This document shows positions 1 through 13,400 of a DNA stretch of 64,000 nucleotides, piece by piece (the first letter of the stretch is position 1; each line of letters opens with the position of its first letter). The stretch is from contig NC_091481.1 in NCBI RefSeq assembly GCF_036971445.1, positions 11,160,001 through 11,224,000 on the forward strand. Direction: 5' to 3'. The notes beneath the pieces are model-generated. The model did no database searches. It was not told the DNA's origin and worked only from the letters and a program-made list of their open reading frames with translations. This DNA is from Narcine bancroftii (lineage: Eukaryota). Position numbers and translations under genes: made by a program.

Positions 1-2065
1 ACATGCTTGTGTGATAATTCACACATTTTATTTTAACGTACAAGAGTCCCTTCAAATTGGCAGAATCCAGTCTATAACAGGGATGCCAATGGTAACACAA
101 CATTTAAGGCCACTCCACCTCTCAGACTCTTTTCACGCCAGTCAGAACTATCTGCCAGCTCCATTCATCTCATCAGGTTAGGTTCCAATGAAGTGAATGG
201 AAAACAATGTGAAAAGGGGACTATAACTGGCAGCCTCTGCTTTTACATTTGTATGCTTCCGGTAACAAAGGACCAATTTATCCATAGATTGCAACACACA
301 GAAGGATGTCCACTTCTGTTGCAGATCTCTGCCTTGCCAAGGGGAGGTGAAATCTCACCTTTACATGGAAAATAATAGATTTCTGTCACCAGCAGCTCAA
401 AAAGTAAGAGAGAAATTGCAATAGGTCATGTTCATCCAAATATTTAGTGTTGCAAATTCTGAGCTATTTTAGATTAAACTTCGTTTTCAAAACAAGCTCA
501 AGTATAATTTATACTTTAATATTCCAGGAACGAGCTGAAATTGCATCCAAATCAAGTTACCACCTCCTCAAGGAAGTGGAACTGGAAATTACTTTGCAGA
601 ATACCCACTAACACTCTGATATGTCCACGTCATTTACCCAGCATTCCATTAGCTGTTTACCAGTGTCAATGAAGGCACTGTACAAATGGTCTCAGGATTA
701 GCTAACTGTAAACATTACCAGTTAGCAAAACACCACCAGTAAATGTTGCGTGTGTATTTGTTGTGGGGGTAGGGAGGTGGTGAACATGGGGGTGGCAGAG
801 TTTGGCCAAGGATAGGGCTGGATGTTAGCTGTGAATTCCTTCATGGCCAAGTGAAAGTGTTTGCAATACTGCAATTCTACCATGCCCTGCTTCCCTTACA
901 AGGGGGCTTGGGGGAGGGGGAAAACTCCACTAACAGCCTCAGTGTGAACAACAGCCTGTCAAAGTGGACCCTGTATAAAAGTTGTACTGAGGCTGTACAT
1001 ACAGTTTTGTTTCTCTCTCTCTCTTCCCCCACTTCCTCCTCCAATATAGTAGAGCAGGCAGAGAGGAGAATAAATAAAGGAAATAAAACATATTTGGGGC
1101 AGGGCTCTGAACTCAAATTGACAGTTAAAAAAAAAACAAGTAGAGTTCGTCTGCTGGGAGTGCCTGTCTTGGCAGGTCTTTGAGACCACACACAGACAGA
1201 CCTCCACCCTCAGTCAGAGCAGCTCGTGAGGTCCTGGCAGACAAACAGACTGGTTTCATATTTAATTGCCAGCTCATCTCCTGCAGCATCCATCTTGAAA
1301 AATAAAAAAAGATTTAAACAAGAGACAGTTTGAAGTACTTTGTGAACCCAAGAACAGCTTGCCAACAGATAAATGGCCAACTATTTTTAATAAAATGCAG
1401 AAAACCTGGGCCTTGTGAATCTTTAGCCTCACACCCAGCCTTTCAGTTTTTAAAATTTGGTCATCTATCCCGTACGCTCTCACCACTCTCAGTAATAGGG
1501 AGGGGATGATGTTATCAGGAAAGTGTCAATGAGTGAGGGAAATGTGCAGATTTTCCCAATAGGACTGCAGTTTATCACTGAGTGGGAAACAAAGATAGGC
1601 TTCTCTTTCATAAGCTCAGATTCCCCGCTACCAACTGAGAACTTACCCCATCTTCTGATCAGTTGACAACTGCCCAGCATTCTCCAGGGCAGGACAAGTC
1701 CAGATTTCTCATTGAACATGTGACATCCCATCATTATTTCTCTGCAAGTTGGGTAGGTTTTGCTTCTGAACCCCACACCCTCCCAGAGTCTTTGTGAGCC
1801 TTTAGTAATTCCTCACAGATGCACAGTTCGCAGGCTCTGGCAAAGCAGTGGAGCTGATTTTTGCTACTCACTTCTACCCCCCAGGAAGCAGCCCAGCTCA
1901 GCCAAGGAATTGGTGACTAGTGGAAAGGGTGCTGGGAAGGCATAACCCATCTTCCCTTTGAGCTGAACCAGATCCCAAGGCTAATCACACCTCTAACCCT
2001 CGAACAGAATACTTTGTACAACAAACAAATTTACTGAAAAACACATCACCACAGGTTAATGTTAT

Positions 2066-2071
2066 TTTATT
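2066..2071 (-). terminator. Candidate TSPAN33 polyadenylation signal (AATAAA); a second candidate lies at 27-32
   Basis: TTTATT on + is AATAAA on -, about 720 nt after the stop codon, followed by GU/U-rich sequence on the minus strand. Confidence 0.4.
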
Positions 2072-2787
2072 AAAAGACCAAAATATTCCATTTACTAAAA
2101 AAATTACAATAGTTGTTAGAATGAAGATTATATTCCAACATGTGCGCACACATGATTCTTCAATATATCGACTCCATATCTCACAGTACTTTATCCCTTT
2201 TAGTGCCAGGTTAGTGGCCAGGAAGTAGCATGGCCATGAACAAAATCACCTGACAGGCAGGGGTTTGGGATCCCTTGTTCAAATGTTCACTGTTTTCACC
2301 CCGCATTGTCCCACTGACTGAAATAAAGCAGTGAAAGAGAACAAGACAAATTAACAGATCGACAGCGACTTGACAGACAAGTTGACCATTGCAACAAATT
2401 TGGGGACAGCGATAAACCCATCGTACAGATGATAAAACTCCATGAAGGCCAACTGCAAGAACTCAATGAGAAAAAATGAGTGTGTACCACAGTTGTGCTT
2501 TATACCTGTACCTGACAACCACGCCACAGAACACTATGTGTTATGAAACAAGTGAATTTATTTCACTGTCTGATGGATGGGATGAGAAATCCATTTAAAA
2601 TGAGTTAAAGCCATCCACACATCTAGTAGATGCCATGCACATAACCCACTGAGAACAGAGTGGCAGTTTGTCAATCGTCATGGACGGCAGTCCTTTCCGA
2701 GTAGGTAAATTCATCATGTGAAGGATCTCTCATCTGGCCACAGGAACCACCAACCCTCTCCTCTCCGTGGATGTAAAGAGGGCTTGT

Positions 2788-4389
2788 TCAGTACCAGGGG
2801 TCTGCTCGGTGTTGGCTGTTATACTTCTGGAGCTCAATCTGATCTTTGATTTGATTGATGAGGATCTGGGAGAGAAGAATTCCCACCAACTGGAAGCAGA
2901 AGCAAAGGAGAGAAGAGAAATAAACAGATTTGATTTCATTTCAGATTTATTGTCAGAGTACATATGACATCACATACAACCCTGAGATTCTTTTCTCCTG
3001 TGGGCGAGGCAGAATTACCACTTATTGGTAATGCAAAAAAAAATTGTACACAATGTACATGTAAACAAATAAAGAAATGTAAACAAATTGACTGTGCAAT
3101 ATAGAGAGAGATTTTAAAAAATAAAGTACCAAAGTAAGCTTAAACAAGTTTGTTGCTGAGGAGTCCGATGATGAAGGGATAGTAGCTGTTCCAGAACCTG
3201 TGATGCGAGTCGTGTGGCACCTAAACCTCTCCTGATGGTAGCAGCAAAAACAGTATATGCAGGGCAGTGTGAATCTGAAAGTAGTGTTTCCTGAAAATGT
3301 TCTCGATGGTGGGGAGGGTTTTATCAGTGATGTCCTGGGCTGTGATAAACACAGATTCCCCAACAGCATCATGCTCACAACCTGTTTGCAGAATCCATGT
3401 CATCGAGAGTAACTTGGCCAATGATACAGGAATCTATTGGTTCAAATCCTGAGCACATCTTCTGAGTGACAGTCCAGGGCTGCACTGCCAGAGTATCAAA
3501 TTTAAACCCAGGTTCCATCTGACTGTTCAAGCAATGTAAGGGAGGAATTATTCCCAGTGTCCTGGCTGGTATTTAATTACTCAACCAGATTGATATTTGC
3601 AGGATTTTGATAGGCACAAGTTAGCTTCCAATTTTTCTACAGTACAGAGTGACCAGTTTACAACCTTTCAATTACACAGCTGTGTGGGACATTGTAGGGT
3701 CATGAAAGCAGCTTTATAAGTGAAAGTTAATGCATTGTTAAAGGAACACTGTTGCCTTTCCAACCCCACCAGTACATTCCTTACAGAGGTCTGTAGGCAA
3801 ATTGCCTCCACATCACTGCAGCAGAATGCCCTGTCTCAAGTCACCATTCCCCACACTAAAAGGTGTTCCTTTCCCAGTGTTACTTCCACCCCCCAAACCC
3901 AGCCCATACTGGGGATGGAGGGGCACACAGTAATCTCATTAGATAGACAGGGAAATGCCAACTCCCAAGAATGGAGAGCATGAGGAAAGCAGAACCATTT
4001 GTACAGCAGACAAGTTTACCAAACAATGGCATTTTAATTGAAACACGCAAAGGTTTCAAATTTTTGAGGCCAAACGGCAAGTTTGAATAGGTGCTCCCAT
4101 GCTTGTAGTCCAAATTAGACAAATCTTGATTAATTTTGCTTTTACCAATAGCCTCAAAACATCTCTAAAAATGTACTTCAAAAGCAATGAAGCACTGCTA
4201 ATGTCAGTCATGAATATGGCTTCAGCCATGCAACACTTGTACAAAGACTTGTACAAGATTACACTTGTACAAGATTACACTTGTACAAGATTACATTCAT
4301 CAATGATGGAGGAGGCTCCAGAAAAAAAAACCTGGATTAGCAAAAGCATAGGTAACGATGCATAATTTTGAATGGCATTATTTGCCATT

Positions 4390-4430
<41 letters not shown>

Positions 4431-7400
4431 GCACATATATTTCAATTAACACAAAATAACCAGTTTTGTTAAACAATGATAACCAGAAAACACTCCAGAA
4501 TGGAACAAAAAAAAATCAAGCCCCAAATTTATAATTTAAAGAGCAATCTGAAGAATGCATTCAGTCAATGGACTTGGTAACAGAAAACAAGAGGATGGGA
4601 AGAGAAAACTACTCCCTCTAGTAGCCAGAGAGGGAATGATCTTAAAAATTCTTGCTGATCTTTTATGGATGAGCTGGGGAGGCACATCTCCACATTAAGT
4701 GCAGTGGAACTCTAAAACACCCGAAGGTCAAACACTGAGCAACAATTCTCTCTTCGCACCCCCCCCCCCCCCCACCCAAAAGGTTTGCTTACTGAAAAGA
4801 ATGGGGATTATGATATACAACTTCAAGCTGAACACAAAAATAATTTCAGATTTGCTGTATCACATAGGAAGCTGGAGATACATTAAATGAACTTTTATTG
4901 AATTTAATGTGTTTAACCACATAATGATGCTGAACCAAGCTCTCAGATTGACTGCACATGTTGCACAACAAATATGAGGAGCCCAGGGTTTGTCTTGGTC
5001 ATCAATTTTACAACCAAAGTAGAGCTCATAGGCTTTTTTAATAAGTGCATTCATACTGCATCTTTGAGCCTTAAGCGTGTATTCATCATAAATGTAACAG
5101 AAAGTATCGCAGCTGTTACGACATTGATGAGACATTTCTGCTGTATTGAATCTTCCTGAAGACAATAAATGCTATAATTGAGTACACTCATTATGCTATT
5201 GCCTGAAGAACATGTGTATCCACATGCATTCAATCTATATCAATGTAATGCACAGCATCTGTATATGCGAGTTGCTTTTTATAGCCTGTCTGCATCTATC
5301 CTAACTTAACATGCCCAGGCCTATGACAACATTTGCATAGCACCTGTATTGACTGACCAAAGCAGCTTGGTTTGTGAGCAATATACTAGTAGACTTAAAA
5401 TATGACAGAAAGTCACAAAAAATAGGTTACATCTCACAAACAATACATGACAGGAAAAATTTACAGTGATTTTCATGATCAGTAGCCCAAAATCCATAAA
5501 TTACACCCAAAAGTTTTCAGGAAGAAAAATCTTTGGTCCAGTGAAAAGGCCATTTGAACATCTTAAAGTTTTGAAGGAAGAAGGCCCAAGGTACAGAATT
5601 AAATCAGTGCTATCTGCATTCAGTTCAAATAGAATGGTGGAATGGGTTTGAGGGGCAGAATGGTCTACTGAGGTAGACATGGGTGAAATGGGCAAGGCAC
5701 TGACCTGTGGGATGGCGAGGCCCAGTGCTACTCCTCCCAGTAAGAAGAGGTTGCTATGGATCCAGTTGACTAGCTTGTCGATGCACCCATTGGTGTAGAT
5801 ATATTCTTCTGCTGCCAAGTACTCCAGGTCCTGCATGCCATGCCCACACATGGTGTTGATCACTTTCTGCAACAGAAAGACAAATGGATCAGAGTACAAA
5901 TGGGGAGGGCAATGTCCTCCATCTGAGACACAATAGGCAGGTCATTCTTGCCTTGAAATCACCCCGCTCTCCCCTGAACCATGTCATTATTCAACAGTTT
6001 TTCAAGTGTGTCCCCAAGCACAGTATTCTGCTGGGATCCTGGTTCCTAACATTTCAATGGGACCCAAGATTGAACCAACCACCCTCATAGAATGGCTATC
6101 AACAAGACGCTGCTCCACCATCTAAATCCTTGGGCTGCAAGACTGGTTCTGTGGTCGGCACCACAGAATATTAGAGGTCTTTGATGTTCACAGATATTCA
6201 TTACCTGTGCTTGCAGCATGTTTAACTTAGTGTAGGGCTAATATAACCTACCAAGAAGCCTGTAGAAGAACAAACTACCCCACTTGTCTCTCTGGAAGGA
6301 AAGGTAATGTTGCATTAATGCGCCAGTTGCTTGCAAATTGCTCAAGACATTGCAGGTTGACAAGTTTCACTCAGTGCATTTTATGCTGCTTTCCAGCACA
6401 TCTCAATGGGTTCAGGACAAACTAAGATTTGCTCTTTGATACAGTGCCATAAATTGTTCAAAATGTCAGGTTATTTTCAGAATGAAATTATATTTTTCAT
6501 CTTATCCAGGCTTTTACATTTCTAATTTCTGTTTTAATGTTCTGTGGCTTTGCCAGGAGCATCCAACTAAATGGAAAGACTGGATAAATCCAGTCCAGCT
6601 TATGCGATACAATTAGAACCTGTACAGGCACATGAGGGCCTGAGGATATGTTGCTGAAGACAAATGGAGCAGAAACATCAGGTTCTGCCTCAGAAAAAAT
6701 TAAATTGATTAATATTCTTACAAAATTTTTATCAGTTGCTTCAGGATTCAGGATAGGCAACGCCAGATAACGAGCATTCACCGTTACTAAGATTGTATAC
6801 TGAGGCCACTTTCAAGGTTTGGTGCAGACGCAAGGAAGGGCATGGGAGAAGATGTACTGAACCGCTGCAGTAAAATTTTTTTTAATATGACCTATGGAAC
6901 CAGAACATACACGTTACATCAATGATGTCCATTTGTATTCATTGAGTTCTTCTGTTCTTTAAAGCAGGCACAGGACTGCAGCCTCTGTTTACTCACTACA
7001 AAGGTTACCCACCTCAGTCACTCACCTCCTTGGAGTGCAGGCAACAGGAATACGGCACAGAGCAGCGTTCCCGACTCGGGTTCTCCACTGTGCAGTTAAA
7101 GTACATGTTATGGCTCCAATCCTTGTACGAAATTCCCCCGCAGCAGCTGAACTGTCAGAGGGAGGGAAGACATTAAGGGAAAGGCGGAAACAAACATTTT
7201 CTTACCAATATCAGGAGATGCAGAAATTTCCCCAGTGTCTTGCTATAAAATTATTGACAGATTCTGAAACATCATTAGCTTATTAGCATCTTAGATAAAT
7301 CCAGAGTAAAGCTTTTTTTTGGAAAACCCATCACCATTCATAACTAAATAAGCAATGATCTCAGGTACAAGGTAACAAGTTCTCCTCTAAGTCACACAGC

Positions 7401-10400
7401 AGCAGAATGGACATTTAACTTTACTGGGAGTAAATCCCACACCTCACGATACAGCAGAACTATGGGCAAAACTTCACTGTGCACATTGCAGTGGTTTAGG
7501 AAGACAACTTGCCACCAATAGCAACTAGGGATTGTCAATGAAACTGGCTTTGCAAGGATGTCCATACCCAGGGAATTAATTTTATTAAATAAAATAAATC
7601 ACAAGTGAGCTTCACAATACGAAAGTGGTTGGTGACCCCAAAATTAGGAGAAGGTCATCAAAGATACAAGGTTCAGGGAGAAGATGATGCAATGGGCTAA
7701 TATAACTGGAGATAAAAATAAGCAAGGTGTCCAGCATCCAAAACATTAGACAGTATGATAGAGTTACTCAGGTTATTAAAAGGTGGAAACACAAATGAAC
7801 AAATCTGATATTTTGTCTGAAAGGGATAGAGCAACAGAAAATTACAATCAACATTGAAAATTGGCAAAAACAATCACAAAAGAATTACTTTGATTTATCA
7901 TGTTCCATTGTTTAAGATTTTTTTTTAAAAGCATCAAAAGGCTGGAAAATATAAGATTGACAACAGCATTTGTTCAAACCAGCTAGCATACATTTTTTCT
8001 TTGTTACACTCACTTGAATGATATTTTCTGAATATTTAAGAAGTCCAAAGGACTAGAAAGGAAAAGACAGAGAAGAACCTGAAGGAGGTGAGAGGTGCAA
8101 CACATCGAGGAGAAAAGCACTAGATTAGTTAAAGACCATTTAGTGCATAAAAATTTAAAGTCCACAATACTGAACCTGCTTCTGCCCATAGTCGATGAGG
8201 TTCTGGAGATCCAGGTCATCTCGGTAGTGGATTATTGCACTATCAATGATCTCGCTGACTTTTGATCGGGCCTGTGTTGGAAAGCAATAGTACATTTTGG
8301 AAATTAAAGGCAGAGTCAGCTCCCACGAATCAAGCATCTCGCTAGACAGCTTATCACAATCCATAAGGCCCTGTTGCCACTTGTGGGCAAAAATGCACTT
8401 CTAAAACCTATAGCAACTATCTTTGGAGTGTGAATATTCTATTACTGGTCTAAAAAAAATGTTAAAAGCAACTTTAAAAGCCTCTGTGATAGTTTGAGAT
8501 AAAAACCAGGTTTACGTGAAGTAGTCAGCTTGTTGTAGTGATAAAAGATTTGGCCACTATTACCAAACCTGACTTATTTATGGCACAATCCCACATTAAT
8601 GTAATTAACTCAATGCAATTGGCACCAAAATCCAATGATTACCCATTGTGGGAGCACCTTTACCCCACAGATGCAAGTGTTTAAACCACTGGTTCTCAAC
8701 CTTTTTTTTCCACTCACATACCACTTTAAGTAATCCCTAAGCCACAGCTGATTAGTAAGAGTTTGCTTAAGGTGGTATGCGAGTGGGAAGGTTAAGAATC
8801 ACTGCTCTAGACTCCATTGTTATTTAAATATTTGCTAGAGGAAAAATCGTCATTGGCCCATTTCCTTTGGCGTTATGAAACCGTGCACATAATGAGTCAA
8901 TTAACTACAATTAAAACTGGTTTTCAAACTTTTTCTTTCCACCCACATACCACCTTAACCAATCCCTTACTAATCACAGAGCACCTATGGCATAGGGAAT
9001 ACTTAAAGTGGTACATGAGTGGAAAGAAAAAGAACCACTGGTTTCAACCATAACAGGAGTTTCTGGTCCAGGCTTCCACACCTTGCTGCGTTTTTACTCT
9101 GAGCCACTAGAGGGGGCTGAAACTCCACAAGGCATGGCTGAAGAAGCAAAATCCCTGTGATTAATAAATTTGCAGATGACACCAACATTGGTGGTGTCGT
9201 GGACAGTGAGGAAGAGTATCTCAGTTTACAACAGAAAAGTTGGAAAGGTGGATCAAGGTGTGGCAAATGTGGCTAACTCTGATGTTGAATAGGATCTACA
9301 CAGTGAATGGCAGGGCCCTGAAGAGTGACAAAGAACAGAGAGATGGGGGTGGGGGGGAAATACAGGTGCATGGAAGTGGTGACTCAACTGGACAAGTTGG
9401 TGAAGAAAACTTTTGACATTTGCCTTCATTGGCAGGGTATAGAGTACAAAAGTTGGGAATTCATAATACACCCGTACAAGACATTGGTGAAGCTATGCTT
9501 AATGTGTGCAGTTTAGCACAGGGTTAGGGTTAGGCTCTTTAATCCCAAGAGCAACCATTTTCAACATTCCTACCCCCCCCCCCCCACCTCACCAGGTCAT
9601 AGCACATTTAGGGGAGACCACGGATTGAAATCACAAAATAATTTTTATGGTAGGAGAGATTACTGAAGAAACCAACAGAACTTGACAGCTTCACAGGGAA
9701 GGGGGCCAATAAACTTTGCTCAAAGGGGACCATGGTCAAGAATGACTACCCTAGAGCATAGGAGATGAAGGGAAAATCTTAATTTATAAAGTAAATAGGC
9801 ATGGATAAAGTGAATGCTCAGTCTTTCCCTACCCCCCCCATCCCACCCCCCCCCCCCACCAGGGGGACAGCTCTAGAATGAGAGTGCTCTGGTTTAAGGT
9901 TCAAAGTGAAAAATTTAAGAGGGGTCTGAGGGGCAACTTTTTCACCCAGATAGTCTATATCTGGAACATGCTGCCAAAGGAGGCTATAGAAGCAGGTACA
10001 ATTATAACATTCAGAAGACATTTGAACAGAAAGGGCTTGGACGTGAGAGTGGCGTGAATCTGTAGTGAGGAACCATATATGAATCAATTAGAAAGAGGTG
10101 GCACAGGAGCAGAACATATAGAATCACTGTAGGTCGAGTGAGGAAATAGCAAGGGTAAAAAAAACATCTGTTCTATACAGATCTCCAAACAGTAGTCGGG
10201 ATGTGGACAAAAAAAAATGGAACAGCAGATAGAAAAGACTTGTCAGAAGGGAAGTATTATGGTCGTCATGAGGGATTTTAACTTGCAAGTCATTTGGGGG
10301 AAAAAAAATTAAGTTGTGACTGGATCTCAAGAGACAGATTTTGTCAAAAGCCTTCAAGGAAGAGCAGCTTGTTGCCGAGTCCACTCGGGGATTGGGTGTT

Positions 10401-13400
10401 GTGTAATGCACAAGAGGTGATTAGAGAGCTAAAAGAAAGCATTAGGGGGCAGTAATCACAATATGATCGAGTTCAATCTGATATTTAACAAGGAGAAACT
10501 AAAGTCAGACGTGTCGGTCGTTCAGTGGCATGAGAGAGGAATTGGCCAAAGTAGATTGGAAGGGGGCTCTGGTCGGGAAGACAACAGAGCAGCAATGGAT
10601 AGAGTTTCTGCAAGAAATGGGGAAAGTGTAGGATAACTACACAGCAAAAAAAGGAGGAATTATCCAAATGGAAAAATGTCACAACTGAGGCTGACTGGGG
10701 AAATCAGAGCTAATGTGAAAGCAAAAGAGAGGGCATGCAAGGAAGCAAAAAAAAAATTAGTGGGCAGATAGAAGATTGGGAAGTTTTTAAAAACTTACAG
10801 AAGGTGACTAAAAAGCTCATAAGGAGGGAAAAGATGAAGAATGAAAGAAGGGCAGCAAATAATATCAAAGAAGGTACAAAAAGCTTCAGGTATAGAAAGA
10901 AAAAGTAAATGTAGGATCACTAGAAAAATTATAATGGGAGACAAGGAGATGGGAGAGAAACTAGTATTTTGCATTGGTCTTCACTGTGGAAGACACAAGC
11001 AGTGTGCCAGACATCAAAGGTATCAGGGAAGGAAAGTGAGCACGGTTAACTATTTCGAGGGAGAAGGTGCTAAGAAAGCTGATGGTCTAAGGGTGGATCA
11101 GTCTCCCGGACTAGAAGGATTGTACCCTTAGGTACTGAAAGAAATAGCAATTGTGGAGGCATTGGTCATGAGCTTTCAGGGATCAATTGATTCAGGCATG
11201 GTGCCAGTCAAAAATCACAAACGTCACCCCACAATTCAAGAATGGAGGGAGGCAGAAGGAAGGAAATTGAAGGCATGACGTCAGTGGTCGGGAAGATACT
11301 GCAGTTGATTGTAAAGAATGAGAATACTTGGAGGCAATGACAAAATGGACAAAAGCCAGTGTGGTTTCCTTAAGGGAAAATCTTGCTTGACAAACCTATT
11401 GGAATTATTAAAAGTGACAAGCAGGCTAGATAAGGGAGATGCAGTGATGTTGGGTATTTGGATTTTCAGAAGGCCTTTGACAAGATGCTGCACAAGAGAC
11501 TACTTAGTAAGAGCCCATGGTAAAACCAGAAACATGCTAGTGTGGGTAGAAGATTGGCTGATTGTCAGAAAGCAGAGAATTTGAATACAGGATCATTCTG
11601 ATTGGCTGTCAATTGCTCGTGGTGTACCACAGGGATCGATTTTGGGGCTGCTTCTTTTTATGCTGTACAGTTTATTAATTAATTGGATTATGGAATAAAT
11701 GGCTTTGTAGCCAAGTTTGCGGATGATACAGGAGCAGAGAGAGGAAACATGGAGGCTGCAGAAGGGGTTAGACGGATTAGAAGAATGGGCAGAGAAGTGA
11801 CAAATAAAATATTATGTCAGGCTATGTTTTTTTGCAAATGGGGAGAAAAATTGAAAATTCCCAAATGCAAAGGGACCTGGGAGTCCTCGTGCAGGACAGC
11901 CTGAAGGTTAACTTGTATGTTGAGTTGGTAATGAAGTAGGCAAATACAATGCTAGCATTCATTTCAGAGGGGAATAGAATGCAAGAGCAGGGATGTGATG
12001 TTGAGGCTTGTAAGGCACTGGTGAGACTCACAGAGTATTGTGAGCAGTTTGGGGCTCCTTATTTCAGATAAGATGTGCTGACTGTTTATTAGGATGATTC
12101 CAGGAAATAAAAGTGTTATCATATGAGGAGTGTTTGACAACCTTTGACAACCCATTAATTGTAATCACAGAGAATGAGGGAGCATCTTATTGAAAGATTT
12201 TGAAGTTGAACGGCATGGACAGAATAAATGTAGAAAGGTTGTTTCCCATGGTGGGAGAGTCTAGGAAAAGAGGGCACAAGGCACTTGTGGAGTCCAGGTC
12301 ATTGGATGTATTCAAGGCAGAGAGTGATAGGTCTTGATTAACCAGGGCGTCAAAGGTTAAGGGGAGAAGGCCAGGCAGTGGGGCTGAGTGGGAAAATCGA
12401 TCAGCTCATGATTAAAAGACAGGGCAGATTCAATGGGATGAATAGCCCATTTCTGCTCCTATGTCTTATGAACCAAATGTAAGCAAATGCGATAAGTCCA
12501 CAATGCAGTTTTGGTTAGCAAGGACAAAATGGGCCAAAGGGTCTGTTCCATGCTGCGTGACTACTGGGCTACATTTCACTCAGCATCTTTTAGCTCATCC
12601 ACAAGACCTTGTTGCACACCCTTGGCATCACCACCTTGAGTCCTTTGGCAAGCTCTAGGAGTTCTCAAACAAACCACAGATATCAGCCTGCTTGGTTGAG
12701 AGGTCTTTGCAGGCTGGTTGCTAATGTGTTAGATAACAAGGCACCAGATCACTGAGCTTTTATTACTGTTCAGGCTGGCTCCCATTTCTCTTTAAAAAGA
12801 CAAAAGGAGCTGACTTGATAAAGGATCAGAATCAGGATTTATTGTCATGAACAAGTCATGAAATACTATATTTTGCGGCAGCATCGTAGTAAAATCATCT
12901 TATGACGTTACTATAAAAATTAAAAATAACAATAACAATATCAGTGCACGAAAAGTAAGGCCATTGTCTTTGGTTCATTGATTATTCAGGAATCTGATGG
13001 CAGCGGGGAAGACGCTGTCCTTGTGCTGCTGAGTGCTCGTCTTTAGGTCCCTGTACCTTATCCCTAATGGTAGCAGAGTGAAGAGGGCATGGCCTGGGTG
13101 GTGGGGGTCTTTGAGGATAGAGGCTATCTTTTTAAGACAGTGCCTCATGTAGATGTCCTCGATGGGTTGAAGTCTGGTGCCTGCAATGGTGCAGGCTGAA
13201 TTTTAACAACCCTCTGGAGTTCATTCTTGTCCTGAGAGTGATGCAACCAGCCAGAATACTCTCTGTGGTACGCCTGTAGAAGTTTACAAGAGTCTTCGGT
13301 GACATACTGAATCTCCTCAGACACCTCACAGCATTGTAGCTGCTGGCGAGCCTTCTTTGTGATGGCATCAATGTGGAGGCTCCAGGACAGATCCTTGGAG

